Counted from the stretch's first letter, positions 12,746-25,900 are shown. The stretch is 43,339 bases of DNA from Callorhinchus milii (GCF_018977255.1 NW_024705452.1:1-43339), one strand, 5' to 3'. Notes: generated by a model from the letters alone, not told the origin. Translations and numbers: made by a program.

Positions 12746-15655
12746 ACCGGGACCCCCTCCCGGTTGGCCACACCACCCGGCTACACCTCCCACCACATCC
12801 CTGGCCCCAACCGCCATGGCGGTAGTGTTGCCCTTATCTCAAGGACACCACTTGCCCTATCCCCCTACTCCTCTGGCTCTTTCCCCTTTTGAGCACCTCA
12901 ACCTCTCCCACCCCTTCTTCCTCTCACTTAAAATCCTCCTCCTCTACCGGCCCCTAAAAGCTCTCCCACCTTTATCTCTGATATCTCAACACTTCTCACA
13001 TCTCTCTGCCTCTGCTCTGATCGCTTCATCATCCTGGGCGACTGTAACCTGCACTTCACCCCCTCCTGCTCCATCTCCACAGACTTCTCTTCCCTGCTCT
13101 CCTCACTCAACCTCTCCTTACCCATAAACTCCCCCACTCACAGTCACAGCCACCCACTCGATTTGGTGATCACCCGGGGCCTCAGTGTCTCGGATGTCAC
13201 CATCACCGATAAGGCCATCTCCGACCACCACTTCATCTCCTTCACCACCTCCACCCCCCTCCCACCTCTACCAGACCCACCACCATCTTCTACCGCCCCT
13301 GGAAGAAGTTACCCTTCTATCCCTAACCGCTGCCTTGGAGTCCTCTGAACTCCTCTCCCTCTGGCCTTCAACCCTCACCGACCCCTCTTCTGCTCTCACC
13401 CTCCTCCACAACACCCTCTCCTCCACACTTGACACTCTTGCCCCCATCACCTCCCGTACTGTCTCCTACTCTCGCTCCTCCCCCTGGTTCACCACCCACC
13501 TCCGCTCACTGAAAAGCCAGGTGCGGGCCGCTGAACGCACCTGGGTCAAATCTGGCCTAACGGTCCATCGACAAATCTGGCTGGACCTCCTCAAAATCTA
13601 CCGCTCCACTCTAGCCTCAGCCGAATCGTCCTTCTACTCCAGGATAATCCTGGAGGCGAAGGACAACCTCAGGCTACTGTTCTCCACCACATCCCAACTC
13701 CTCCGTCCCCCACGCCACCCCGCGCAGGTTATCTCCTCCAACCTTCACTGCGAGGAGATGCTGGATTTCCTTGAATCCAAGATCAAGGGAATCCGCTCCG
13801 CGGTCACTTTCCCTCCAACATCCACCCACCACCCACCCCATCACTCCCACACTCCGACTCCTACCCATCCTCCCCTACACAACTTCGTACCCGTTTCCCC
13901 ACCCTCTGTCACCAAACTCATCCTCTCCCTGAAACCTACCACCTGCTCCCTTGATCCCATCCCCACTCCACTCCTTATCTCCCAGCTCCACTTTCTTGCC
14001 CCACATATCACAGACATCGTCAACCTGTCCCTCTCCTCTGGCTCTATTCCCATTCCCTTAAAAACTGCCACCATCACTCCCACCTTAAAAAAACCCTCCC
14101 TTGATGCGTCACAGCTATCAAGACCGGCCCATCTCCAACCTCCCCTTCCTGTCCAAGTTGTCGCCTCCCAGCTGCGCTCTTTCCTATCCAACCATTCACT
14201 ATTCGAACCCCTTCAATCGGGATTCCGTGCTGCCCATAGCACAGAAACTGCCCTGGTCAAGGTCACCAATGACATCCTGACCATCTGTGACCAGGGCTCC
14301 CTCTGCCTCCTCGTCCTCCTCGACCTATCGGCAGCATTCGATACGGTCGACCACGCTATCCTCCTCCACCGCTTGTCCTCCCACCTAAACCTTCAAGGCC
14401 CTGTCCTTGAGTGGTTTAGGTCGTACCTCTCCCACCGTCTTCACTTTCTCTCCACAAATGTTTTTTCCTCCAGCCCCCGCACTGTCTCGTGCGGTGTCCC
14501 TCAAGGCTCTGTCCTCGGTCCCCTCCTCTTCACCCTCTATATGCTCCCCCTGTGGTGACATCATCCGCAGACATGGGGTTAACTTCCACATGTATGCGGA
14601 TGACACCCAACTCTACCTTTCCTCCTCTACCCTCAACTCCACGACCACCGATGTCCTGACAGCTGCCTGTCCGACATCGAGTCCTGGACGAGAGACAACT
14701 TTCTTCAGCTCAACGTGCAAAAAACTGAGGCCCTCCTGATTGGCTCACGTCAGCGCCTCCGCACCTCAGGCGCTGACACCATCAGCATCCAAGGCTGCAC
14801 TCTCCACCTCTCAAAGCCAGTCAGGAACCTCGGGGTTCTGTTCGACCCTGAGCTGTCCTTTCTCCCCCATATCCGCGCCACAACTGGCACCGCCTTCCAT
14901 CACCTCCGGAATGTCGCCAGACTACGGCACTACCTCACCCCTCACGCTGCTGAAACCTGGTCCACGCCTTTGTCACCTCAAGGCTGGACTACGGGAACTC
15001 TCTCCACGTCGGCCTTCCCGCACCTCCCCTCCACACTGCAGGTCATTCAGAACTCTGCAGCTCGTGTACTGTCCCGCACCAGACACCGCGCCCACATCAC
15101 TCCCACCCTCGCTCGCCTCCACTGGCTCCCCATCCCCCAGAGGATCGAATTCAAGATCCTCACCCTCACCTAAAAGGCCATTCACGGCCTCGCTCCCTCC
15201 TACCTCTCCGATCTACTATCCCCCTACCTACCCGCCCGTACCCTCCGTTCCTCTGGCTCCGGTCTGCTCCACATCACCCGCCCCAACCGCCCTATTATCA
15301 GTGGCCTTCAGCCTCTCAGCCTCGAGGCTCTGGAACTCTATCCCCCAGTGCCTTCGCCGCCTCCTACCTTTCCTCCTTCAAGGCCGGTCTCAAGACCTTT
15401 CTCTTTGACCTTCAGCCTTCAGCTCCGCTCTCGACTCTCTACCCCCTCCTCCCTTCCTCCCCTCACCCTGACCATTTCCCCCCTCCTCGCTCCCTCCCTT
15501 CCCTCCCCTCACACTGACCATTTCCCCCCTCCTCGCTCCCTCCCTTCCCTCCCCTCACCCTGACCATTTCCCCAATGCTCGGCTCCTGACCCAACTGTAC
15601 AGCGCCTCGGGACGTCCTCCCGACGTGAAAGGCGCTCAATAAATGGAATCTTGTT
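12746..15655 (+). mobile_element. 5'-truncated L2-clade non-LTR retrotransposon (ORF2: partial APE endonuclease plus reverse transcriptase, frameshifted) with 3' UTR and short (TTG)n tail
   Basis: APE motifs PPGY..H.P...GGSVA, LYRP, ILGDCN, PTH...LDL, ISDHH. RT motifs [49 protein letters not shown]2-type C-terminus LQVIQNSAARVL, HITPTLARLHWLP, AFSLSA.RLWNSIP. Motifs are spread over several frames. 3' end gggacgtcctcccgacgtgaaaggcgctcaataaatggaatcttgttg. Confidence 0.93.
13185..15173 (+). pseudogene. Disrupted L2 ORF2 reverse-transcriptase coding region
   Basis: ORF 13185-14558 holds the RT motifs up to [13 protein letters not shown] lies in ORF 14407-14739; the C-terminal part lies in ORF 14715-15173, ending in an in-frame TAA. 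This implies multiple frameshifts. Confidence 0.85.
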
Positions 15656-15745
15656 GTGTATGCGCAAGGCAGTGTTTGCGCAAAGCAATGTTTAAGCAAC
15701 GCATTGTTTGAGCAAGGGACTGTTTGCGCAAGACAGTGTTTGTGT
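15656..15745. repeat. Continuation of the 16-bp satellite beyond the L2 insertion (about 5 monomers; another remnant at ~16101-16130)
   Basis: tgcgcaaggcagtgtttgcgcaaagcaatgtttaagcaacgcattgtttgagcaagggactgtttgcgcaagacagtgtttg matches the monomer. Confidence 0.85.
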
Positions 15746-17100
15746 GAGAGTGTGTGTGAGAGTGTTAGAGTGTGTGAGAGAGTGTGAGAGTGATAGTGTG
15801 AGAGAGAGTGAGAGTGTGAGAGAGTGAGACCGTGAGAGTGTGTGAGTGAGTGCGTGAGAGAGTGTGTGAGAGTGAGAGAGAGTGTGTGAGAGAGTGTGAG
15901 AGTTTGAGAGAGTATGAAAGGGAGTGTGAGAGAGAGTGTGTGAGAGTGTGCAAAATTGAGCGTGTGATAGTGTGTGCGTGTGCAAACTTGTGCGGGCAAA
16001 GAGAGAGTGCGCGCAAAACAACGTTGCCGGAGGGCGTGCGCGCGGGAGAGAGAGTATGTGCCAAAGTTAGAGAGGCTGCGCGCGAGAGAGCGCGTGCACG
16101 GGAGTGTTTGCGCAAGACAGTGTTTGTGTGAGTGTTAGAGAGTGTGAGAGAGAGAGTGTGAGAGAGTGAGAGAGAGAGAGAGATTGTGTGAGAGAGAGTG
16201 AGAGTGTGAGAGAGAGAGTATGAGAGCGAGAGTGTGAGAGAGTGTGTGAGAGTGTGCAAAATTAAGCGTGTGCGTGTGCAAACTTGTGCGGGCAAAGAGA
16301 GAGTGCGCGCAACAGAACGTTGTCGGAGGGCGTGCGCGCGGGAGAGAGAGTATGTGCCAAAGTTAGAGAGACTGCGCGCGAGAGAGCGCGTACAAGAGAG
16401 AGTTCGCGCAAGAGAGCGCGCGAGTGAGAGGTCGCGAGCAAGAGTGTGCGTGCAACCCAAGCGCGCGCCCGAGAGAGAGTGCGAGACTGTGCGCGCGCTA
16501 GAGAGAGAGAGCGCGCGCGAGAGAGACTGTGCGTGACAGAATGTGAGCTAAATAGAGAGAAGACGCGAGAGAGCGCGCGTGCAATCGAGTGCACGTGGGA
16601 AATTGCGCGAGCGAGCGAGAGTGCAAGAGAGTGCGCTCGCGAGAGTGCGCGCGGGAGAGAGTGCGTGTTGCCTAAGAGAAAGAGACTGCGGGACAGTGTG
16701 CGCGCACAAGAGAGAGTTTGCGCTGGAGAGAGAGCGCCCGCGAGAGACTGCGCGCGAGCGAGAGCGCGCCCGAGACAGAGCACGAGACGCCGCGTGCGCA
16801 CGAGAGAGAGAGTGCGCGAGAGAGCGTATGCGACCAAGAGTGTGTGCAAGAGAGAGAATGCGCAGAAAGAGAGTGCGTACGAGAGACTGTGTGCCAGAGA
16901 GAGACTGCGCACGAGAGTGCGAGCAAGACGGTGCACAAGCGTTTGTGAAAGTGAAACACAGGGCATGTGAGAGCGAGTGTGCATGAGGGTGTGCGGGCAG
17001 GAGAGTGCGCGTGAGATAGTGTGCGCCCGAAAGTGTGCGAAAGAGAAAGTGCGCGCGGGAGTTTGCAAACGAGAGAATCGGCGCAGAAGAGAGAGTTTGT
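15746..17100. repeat. Degenerate GA/GT/GC-rich low-complexity array (purine-rich on +), with a local ~140-bp duplication (~15948-16095 / ~16254-16391)
   Basis: Recurrent gagagagtgcgcgc / gagagactgcgc units; the duplicated string gtgcaaacttgtgcgggcaaagagagagtgcgcgc...gtatgtgccaaagttagagag. Confidence 0.85.
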
Positions 17101-17389
17101 ATGTCTTTGAGTGTGTGTGTGCATTTGTGTGTGTGTGTGCATTTGTGTGTGTGTGTGTGCATTTGAGTAAGTGTGTGTGCATTTTTGTGTGTGTGTGCAT
17201 TTGTGTATGTGTGTGTGTCTGTCTCATATTCTCTGTCTTATCTCTCTCCAACAGAATACACTGTAAAGTGTAGTGACTGTGTTTTGCCTGTATAGAGGAT
17301 CTCACTGATAACATAAGACTATACAGAGGTGTGTGTGTGTCTATCTGTGTGTGTGTCTGTGTGTTCATCTGTGTGTGTGTCTTTGTATT

Positions 17390-20300
17390 CTCTCATGCGA
17401 ACACTCGCGCTCGCGCACTCTCTTGCACACGCACTCTCTTGTGTGCACTCTTCCGTGCGCACTTTCGAACACTCTCTCTTGCTCACACAATCGCACGCCC
17501 TCTCTCTCGCATGCACTGTGTTTCGCTCACACGCTCGCGTGCGCACTCTGCTGCTCGCACTCTCTCTCTCGTGCGAACTCTCTGTTGTGCGCACTCTCTC
17601 TCGCGCAGTCTCTTACCCTATGGCTCAATTTCTCGCTCACACACAATCCCCCGCACATTCGCGCGAACTATCTATCGCCCGCACTGTCTCGCACACGCAA
17701 CTCTCGCGCAGTCTCTCTTTGGCACACACTCTTTTGCAGTCTCGCTTTTTGGCGCACTCCCACGCGCCCATCCTCTCACGCAGTCCCTCTCGCTCACGCG
17801 CCCTCTTTCTTGCACTCTCGCGCGCACACACACATAGGGTAGTCTCTCTCTCTTCGGCTCACATTCTCACACTCTCTCTCTCTCTCTCTCTCGAGCTCTC
17901 TGACGTTCACTCTCTCTTGCGCGCGATCTCTCGCACACACTTTTTTCTTCGCATGCAGTTTCTGTTGTGCAAACTCAAACACGCACACCCTCCGGCACAC
18001 ACACTCTCTCACGGTCTCTCTTCTGCGCACTGTCAGTCACGTGCACACTCATTCGCGCGCACTCTCTCGCACATTTTGTCGCGCACAGTATGTTGCGCGC
18101 ACTCTCTTGCTTACATACTCTTGCACGCACTCTCTCTCGTATGCACTGTTTCAATCGCATGTGCTCTCTGACGTGCGCTTTTACTCGCACGCACACTCGC
18201 GCGCGCACTATCTCGCACAATCTCTCTTTGGCACACACTCTTTTGCGCGCATTCTCTCTCATGCACAGTCTTTCACGCAGTCTCTCTCTTGCTCACACTC
18301 TCGCTCGCAAACTCTCACGCAGTCTCTCGGCTCACATACTCTTGCACACAGTCTCACTCGCGCAGTCTCTCTCACGTGCACACTCTCTCGCGCAGTCTCT
18401 CACTTTGGCACAAACTCTCTCGCACATATTCTTGCGCAGTCTCCCTCTGGTGCGCACTCTCTCTCACACTCTCGCGCGCACTCTCACACACACTCTCGTG
18501 CGCACACTCTCTCACACACACTCTCGTGCACACACTCTCGTGCGCACACTCTCTCTCGTGCGCACACTCTCACACACAAATCTCGTGCAGTGCCTCTCTT
18601 TGGCACACTCTCTCGTGCGCACACTCTCTCGTGCGCACACTCTCTCGTGCGCACACTCTCACACACAAATCTCGTGCAGTGCCTCTCTTTGGCACACTCT
18701 CTCGTGCTCATACTCTCGCGCAGCCTCTCAAGCGCGCGCTCTCTCGCGCACACAAAGATAAGCGCAGTGTGTCTTCGGCCTCACTCACAACACTCTCTCA
18801 CGCAAACTCTCTCACGCATTCCCTCATGTGCACGCTCTCGCGCTCGTACTCTCGCAGTATCTCTCTCTGTCTTTGGCGCACACTCTCTCACTCGCAAACT
18901 CTCACGCGGTGTCTCTCTCTTCGGCTCACATTCTCTCGTGCACGCGAGAGATGGTGTGCCATAGAGAGAAAGTGCGCGCTCCATCACGTGCACTCTCTCT
19001 CTCGCGCGCTCTCTCTTTCTCGCGCACACTTTTGCTCGCACTCTCTCGCGCACACTCGCTCGTGTGAACTCTATCTTGTACGCACTCTCGCGCGCACTTT
19101 CTCTCTATGGCACACAATCTCTCGCGTGCACACTCTTGTGCAGTCTCTCTCGCGTGCATTCTCTCTCGCGCACACTCATACACGCAAGGCTCGCAAAGTC
19201 TCTCTTTTCGGCAGACACTCTCTCTCGCTCATACTCTCGTGCACACTCTATCTTGCACTCTCGCGCGCACACACACACTCATAAGGACAGTCGCTCTGTC
19301 TTGAGCGCACACTCACGCAATCCCTTGCGCGTGCTCTCATGTGTACTCTCACACTTTCACGCTCACACACTCTCTTGCACACTCTCATGCAGTGTCTCTC
19401 GTGCGCGCACTCTGACATGCAAACTCTCACGCAGTCTCTCACCCTTCGGCTCACACTTACTCGCGCACACTCTTTCGCGCGCACTCTCCGATGCGAAAAC
19501 TCTCACACGCGCACACTGTGGTGTACTCAATCTATCTCAGACTCTCCTCTGTGCACCATCTGTCACGTGCACACTCACTTGCGCACACTCGCTCTCTCGC
19601 ACACTTTTCTTGCGCACACTATCTTGCGCGCAATCTCTTTCGCATGCACTGTGTTTCACTCGCACGCTCACACGCACACTCTTTTTCGCACTCTCATGTG
19701 CACTCGCTCTCCCGCGCACTCTCTTGCAAACACACTCCCTCACCCAGTCTTTCTCTGGTACACTCTTTCGCACACACTCTCTTTTGCACGCACTCTCTCT
19801 CGTGCACACTCTTTCACGAGCACTCTCTCATGCGCTCTCTCACTCGCACTCTCTCGCGTGCACTCTCTCACTCGCACTCTCCCTCAAACACACTCACTTT
19901 CATGCACACTCTCTTGCTCGCACACACTCTCACGTACTCGCACACACTCTCTCACTCGCACTCTCTTGCGCGCACTCTCGCGCGCACACTCTCATATGCA
20001 ATTTCTTGCGCAGTCTCTCCCTCTTCAACTCACATTCTCTTGCACGCACTCTCTCTCGCACACTCTCTCTTTCGCATGAACTCTCACATGCGAAAACTCT
20101 TACGCGCGTAATCTCTGGCATACACTCTCCCGTAGTCTCTCTCTCTTCTGCGCACACTCTCTCGCGTTCTCTCGCACAATTTCACGCGCATGCTGCCTTG
20201 TGCGCACTCTTGGTCGCACACTTCTTGTGCACACTATCTCGCACATTCACTGTGTTTTACTCGCACTCCCTCTCATGCGCACTCTCCCTTGAGTGACCTC

Positions 20301-22080
20301 TCTCTTGTGCACACATTCTCACGCAGTCTCTCTTTCGTGCACACTCTCTCTCGCACTCAAACTCGCATACACACTCTCGCGCAGTCTCCCTCGGTGCTAC
20401 ACACTCTCTTGCATGCACTCTCTTTCGCGCACAGTCTCTCTCTTGTACACTCTCTCGCGCAGTCTCTCGCGAGCGCACTATTGGTCGCAAACTCTCTCTA
20501 ACACACTCTCGCGCGCACTCTGTCGACCGCGCACTCTCTTGCACATGCACCCTTGCGCAGTCGCTCTCTATTCGGTTCACATTCTCTTGCACACACTTTC
20601 TGGTGCTCGCTCACGCTCACTCTCTTTCGCACCCACTCTCTCATATGAGCGCTCTCGCTCACCCACTCTCTTATAAACATACTCTGTCGCGTAGCCTCTT
20701 TCTTTGGCGCACACTCATTCGCGTGCACACACTATTGCGCACACTCTCTTGTGCACTTACTCTTGCGTGCTCTCTCTCTGGCTCGCACAATATTGCACGC
20801 ACACTCTATCACATGCACACTCTCTTGCGCTATCTCTCTCTTCATTGCACACTCTGTCACGCACACACTCGCACAGTCTCTCTCTCCCTCGGCGCACACT
20901 CTCTCGCGTGCATTCTCTGACGCGAATAATCTCTCGTGCACAAACACTTGCACGCACACTATCTATCGCGTGCGCGCTCCCTCACGCCATCTCTCTTCAG
21001 TGCGCACTTTGGCACGCGCACTGGCACAGTCTCTGTCCCTTTGGTACATGCACTCTCGTGCGCATCCTCTCACGGAAACAATCTCTCGCACCAATCTCTC
21101 TCGTGCAGTGTCTCTCTCTTCGGTGCACACTCTCTGGCACAGTCTCTCTCTCTTCGTGGTAGAATCTCTCGCGTACACACTCTCTTGCTTGCACTCTCTC
21201 TTCCTTGCACACTCTAACGTGGATAATCACTTTATGCACTGTATTTCGCTCGCGCACTCGCGTGCACACTCTCGCGCAGGCGCACTCTCACACACAAGCA
21301 AATCTCGCGCAGTCTAACTCTTTGACACACAATCTCTCGCGCTCATACTTTTGCGCACTCTCCCTCTCACACTCTCATGTGCACTCTCGCGTGCACTCAG
21401 TATCGTGCGCACTCTCTCTCTTGCACACTCTCTTGCGCAGTGTCTCTCACGTGCAAATTCTCTCCCTGGCACGCACTCTCTCGTGCACTCTCGCGCACAC
21501 TCTCTCGCGCGCATTCTCTGGCTCGCACACTGTCGCCCGCACACTGTCGCCCGCAACTCTCGCTCCTCGGCTCACATTCTCTCGCACAGACTCTCTCTCA
21601 CACTCGATCGCTCGCCATCTCTCGCGAGTCTCTCTTCAGCTCACGTTCTCTCGCACACACACTCTCTCGTGTGCGCCCTCTCTCTCGCACACACCGTCTC
21701 TCACTGTCTCGGGTGCGCTCTCTCTCACGCCCACTCTCTCACTCGCACAAGCTCGCGGGCACTCTCGTGCCGTTTCTCTCCCTTCAGTGCACACTCTGTC
21801 ACACACACTCCCGCGCGGTCTCTCTCTCTTTGGCGCACACTCCCGCGCGGATTCTCTGACCTGCACAATCTCTCGCGCACAAACACTCTCGAACCCATCT
21901 CAACTCGTGCAGTATCGCTCTCTTCAGTGCACACTTTCTGGCACACACACTCTCTTTCGCAGTCTCTCTCTCTTCGGCATAGAACTCTCTCGTGTGCACA
22001 CTCTCTCGTGCCCAATCTCGCCTGCGCGCACACTCTTTGGTGCACTCTCTCTTGCTCGCACACTCTTGCTCGCACATTCT
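17390..22080. repeat. Degenerate CT/CA/CG-rich low-complexity array, reverse-complement orientation of 15746-17100
   Basis: Recurrent gcgcagtctctctttggcacacactc / gcgcacactctctc units, which are reverse complements of units such as gtgtgccagagagagactgcgc at ~16890. Confidence 0.85.
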
Positions 22081-22859
22081 TGTTCCGCAGATTACACGAA
22101 GAGAGAGAGAGAGGTGTCTTCCTTCTGTATTCCAGTCCGTCGCCGGTCACTGAGTTATCGCTGCGAACCGGAGCGAAAACGGTGTGGTTTGCGGAAACGC
22201 CGCCGCTTCCTCCGCTGATACGAGTCTCTTCTGCGGCGCTGAGGCCGCGCTCCCACCGCCCGAGTTCAGGTGACGCAAACGGAGGCAAAGCAACGCGGTT
22301 TGGTGGCTCAGGGGGACGGGATTTTTACTCTGTGTCGCTCTCTGTCTCTCTCTCTCTCTCTCTGACCTCTCTCGACTTGTGCGTGTGTCGCTCTCTCTCT
22401 CTCTCTCTCTCTCTGTGTATCGCTCGCCATTATTTCTCTCTCGGTATTTGTTTGTGTTTCTCTATCTCTATATATATCTGTATCTCTCTCTCTCGGTGTC
22501 TGTGTGTGTGTGTATCGCTCGCCATCGTTTCTCTCTCTCTCTATTTGTGTTTGTGTATTTCTCTCTGTATCTCTCTCTATATATATATCTGTATCTCTCT
22601 CTCTACATATATATATATCTGTTCTCTGTGTGTGTATCACTCGCCATTATTTCTCACGGTATTTGTGTTTGTATATTTTTCTCTGTATAGCTCTCTCTAT
22701 ATATATATATCTGTATCTCTCTCTGTGTGTGTCTCTGTGTGTGTGTGTATCACTCGCCATTATTTCTCTCTCTCGGTATTTGTTTGTGTATTTCTCTCTG
22801 TATCTCTCTCTCTCTCTCTCGCTGTATCTCTCTCTCTCTGTCTGATTACCTGTGTGTAC

Positions 22860-23232
<373 letters not shown>

Positions 23233-23932
23233 AGTCTCTCTGCCTTCCAGTCAGCGACAGGTTAATGAGTCTGACTGAGGACCAGAGCCGAAACAGCGCG
23301 TTGTGTTGGTGTGAACACCGGTTTCTCTGCTGATAAATACCTTTTCTGCAGCTCTGGGGCCGGGATTGTAACCCTCTAATTCCGGTGACACCAACGAACA
23401 CGAGACGACGTGGTTTCGTGGCTCAAACGCACAGGATTTACGCCAACGCTTTACTCTCGGCCGTCCGATTGCCGGTGACGCGGACCGCCTCGGTTCGAGC
23501 TGCGGTTGTGTTTTTACCATTTGTTTAACCTGTGTCTGGTTTCCGTGTCGCTGTTGCGCTTTGCCGACCCACTGCGACTGTCGGCCGCGGAGAGCGACAC
23601 GAGCACAGCTCCGCGCGGCCCTGTGGTCAGTGACCACCAGTGCCCGGTTTCCTGTCTGTGCGAACGGTGAGACGGGTACGGAACAACGAGCCGCGGCTTT
23701 AGGTCGTCGACTGAAGACCCTTCGCCCTCTCACTGAGGCCGGTCATGGAGCGGCGATGGCGGTACTAAAGCATCAGAGTTTATCTGTGCGCGTCTATCTC
23801 TGTACGTGTGAGTGTCGATATGTCTGTCTGTGTATGTGTGTGTGTCTGTATGTTTGGGTGTGTCTGTCTGTGTGTGTGTGTCTGTCTGTGTGTGTCTGTC
23901 TCTGTGTGTGTGTCTGTCTGTATGTGTGTGTA

Positions 23933-24310
23933 GGGAGAGGTCAGGGTGAGGGGAGGGAAGGGAGGGAGCGAGGAAGGGAGAAATGGTCAGGGTGAGGGGA
24001 GGGAGGGAGGGAGCGAGGAGGGGGTAGAGAGTCGAGAGCGGAGCTGAAGGCTGAAGGTCAAAGAGAAAGCTCTTGAGACCGGCCTTGAAGGAGGAAAGGG
24101 AGGAAGCGGCGAAGGCACTGGGGATGGAGTTCCAGAGCCTCGGGGCTGAGAGGCTGAAGGCCACTGATGGTCGGGCAGTTGGGGCGGGAGATGTGGAGCA
24201 GACCGGAGCCAGAGGAATGGAGGGTACGGACGGGTACGTGGGGGGATAGTAGGTCAGAGAGGTAGGAGGGAGCGAGGCCGGGAGTGGCCTCGTAGACGAG
24301 GATGAGGATT
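23933..24310 (-). mobile_element. L2 3' fragment (same family as 12746-15655), tail missing
   Basis: Reverse complement matches L2 ~15155-15520; ORF 23730-24164 reads AFSLSAPRLWNSIP...KAGLKSFLFD. Confidence 0.9.
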
Positions 24311-24904
24311 AAACCACCCGCTCCTGATAACCAGCTGCTAGTTTATGTAAGGGGGTGTGGGGGGTGTTCGTATGGCGTCACACGGCCAAATCCAACCTGA
24401 GAATAATTTCCAGCTGCCGGCAACACACTCCCACCGACGTCTCTCTGCCCAAACCCCTGGCCCGGCAAACCTCCACCCCCACCCCACCCACCCTCCACAC
24501 ACCCTCGACCCCCCGCACGAGCGTTTCTGACACGCAACCCATCCCATCGCCGCGATCAGCCGGTCGTCCGACAACACGGGAAGCCATCACTATTCTTACG
24601 AATATCCAAACCAGGCCGCGAATTCCTCGCGTCCCTCCTACATCAATGCCAATCCCAGAGATAGGCTGTTGGAATGGGATGTGCACTCTCTCTCGCTCTC
24701 TCTCCAGAGGGGTGCATCCCGCTTCCTATTCCGGAGCATATCCGGCACAGATCGGCCAGAGTCCAGGCTCAGGGGACCACGGAGTGTGAGTTGGGTTCAC
24801 TTCTGTTGTCTAACCAGAAGGGTGGGTGGGCTAAGGCGTCCAGCACAAACCCGGCTTTCGACTGCGAAGGCAGGATGTGGGTTTCTGTAACGATGAGCGT
24901 TAAG

Positions 24905-25172
24905 CGGAACGGTTTCCTTCTTCCGAACCAATCAGATGTTTCAGGGACACGGTGAGCAACTGGAGCTCAGCAGCAACAGAGACGAAGTGGTGACACCTGA
25001 AGCCAGACGGCCAGACAGAGTCTTTGTAGGTCACTGGGACCGAGGCGGAACCAGCAAGTGAAAATCCACAGCTGAGAGAGTGAGAGAGAGAGGAAAAGAG
25101 AGAGAGAGAAGCCAGGAGTTGGCAATTCACCCCCCCATCAGCGACTGGACAGAGCCCGGCACCAAGGTAAGG
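24905..25172 (+). promoter_or_regulatory. Possible promoter plus non-coding first exon (CCAAT box at 24928, consensus donor AAG|GTAAGG at 25166/25167); duplicated at 42316 and 42544/42545
   Basis: aaCCAATCAGa next to CGGAA/TTCCG ETS-like cores, and a strong 5' splice site ~240 bp downstream. Motif evidence only. Confidence 0.3.
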
Positions 25173-25369
25173 TCAGGGCACGGTTAACGTTAATTTTGAA
25201 CCTCAGCAACGGGTCACTTCGCATCTGCAGCGAACCCGACAACTTGGGGTGACGCGGTGCCCGTTACTTGCGATAGGGTTCCCGGACCTTTTGATGGTGG
25301 CGGAGTCTGACGCCGAGCCAGGGTGGAAGGGGGTGGGAAGGCGGTGACCATCAACACCGTCAAAAGGGG

Positions 25370-25585
25370 AAGGATCTGAAGTTGGGGAGGGACTGGGCGA
25401 GGCGGAGGGATTGAGGCAGAGAGTTAGGGGGTGGGGGGCGTAGTGACTGAGGGCTATCGATTGGAGAGTGGAGGGCACGAGGGAATAATTGGAGGGGGGA
25501 GTCAGGCAGATGGAGGCAGAGCGGGTGGTGGGGTGGGCAATAAGCAGGTCGGAGAGGTAGGGTTGGGGGGTGCGAGGGAATAAAG
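25370..25585 (-). mobile_element. Old, diverged L2-like 3' ORF2 fragment (different subfamily); duplicated at ~42750-42980
   Basis: Minus-strand translation gives PYLSDLL...ALSHYAP...NSLPQSLRLAQSLPNFRS, resembling the L2 ORF2 C-terminus. Confidence 0.65.
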
Positions 25586-25900
25586 TCATTTGAAAGCGAG
25601 CGAGAGGAGTTTGCGCGTGAAATCGAAGCTGAACGCTTAACCATTAGAGCACTCACCGCGCAATCGATCCCCTGGAGAAGGGGCACAACTTCAGGCAGGT
25701 TTTCTTACTCCACACACGTACACGCGCACACACACACATTCGCACGCCTCTTGTTTATAAAACATTTAATAATAAGCCTTGCGTTTGATACAGCGCCCGA
25801 TTACATCTTCTGGACGACTCAAACCGCTTCACGGAACGTGCTGCGAATCTCAATTGATGGCACGTCTGTGGGCAAAACCCGGCAGCCGATTGCGCCCAAT

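Noticed and set aside
23415..23505. Pol III A-box/B-box-like pair (tggctcaaacg ... ggttcgagc) in module B
   Set aside because: Both boxes deviate from consensus and no tRNA-like fold is evident; insufficient support.
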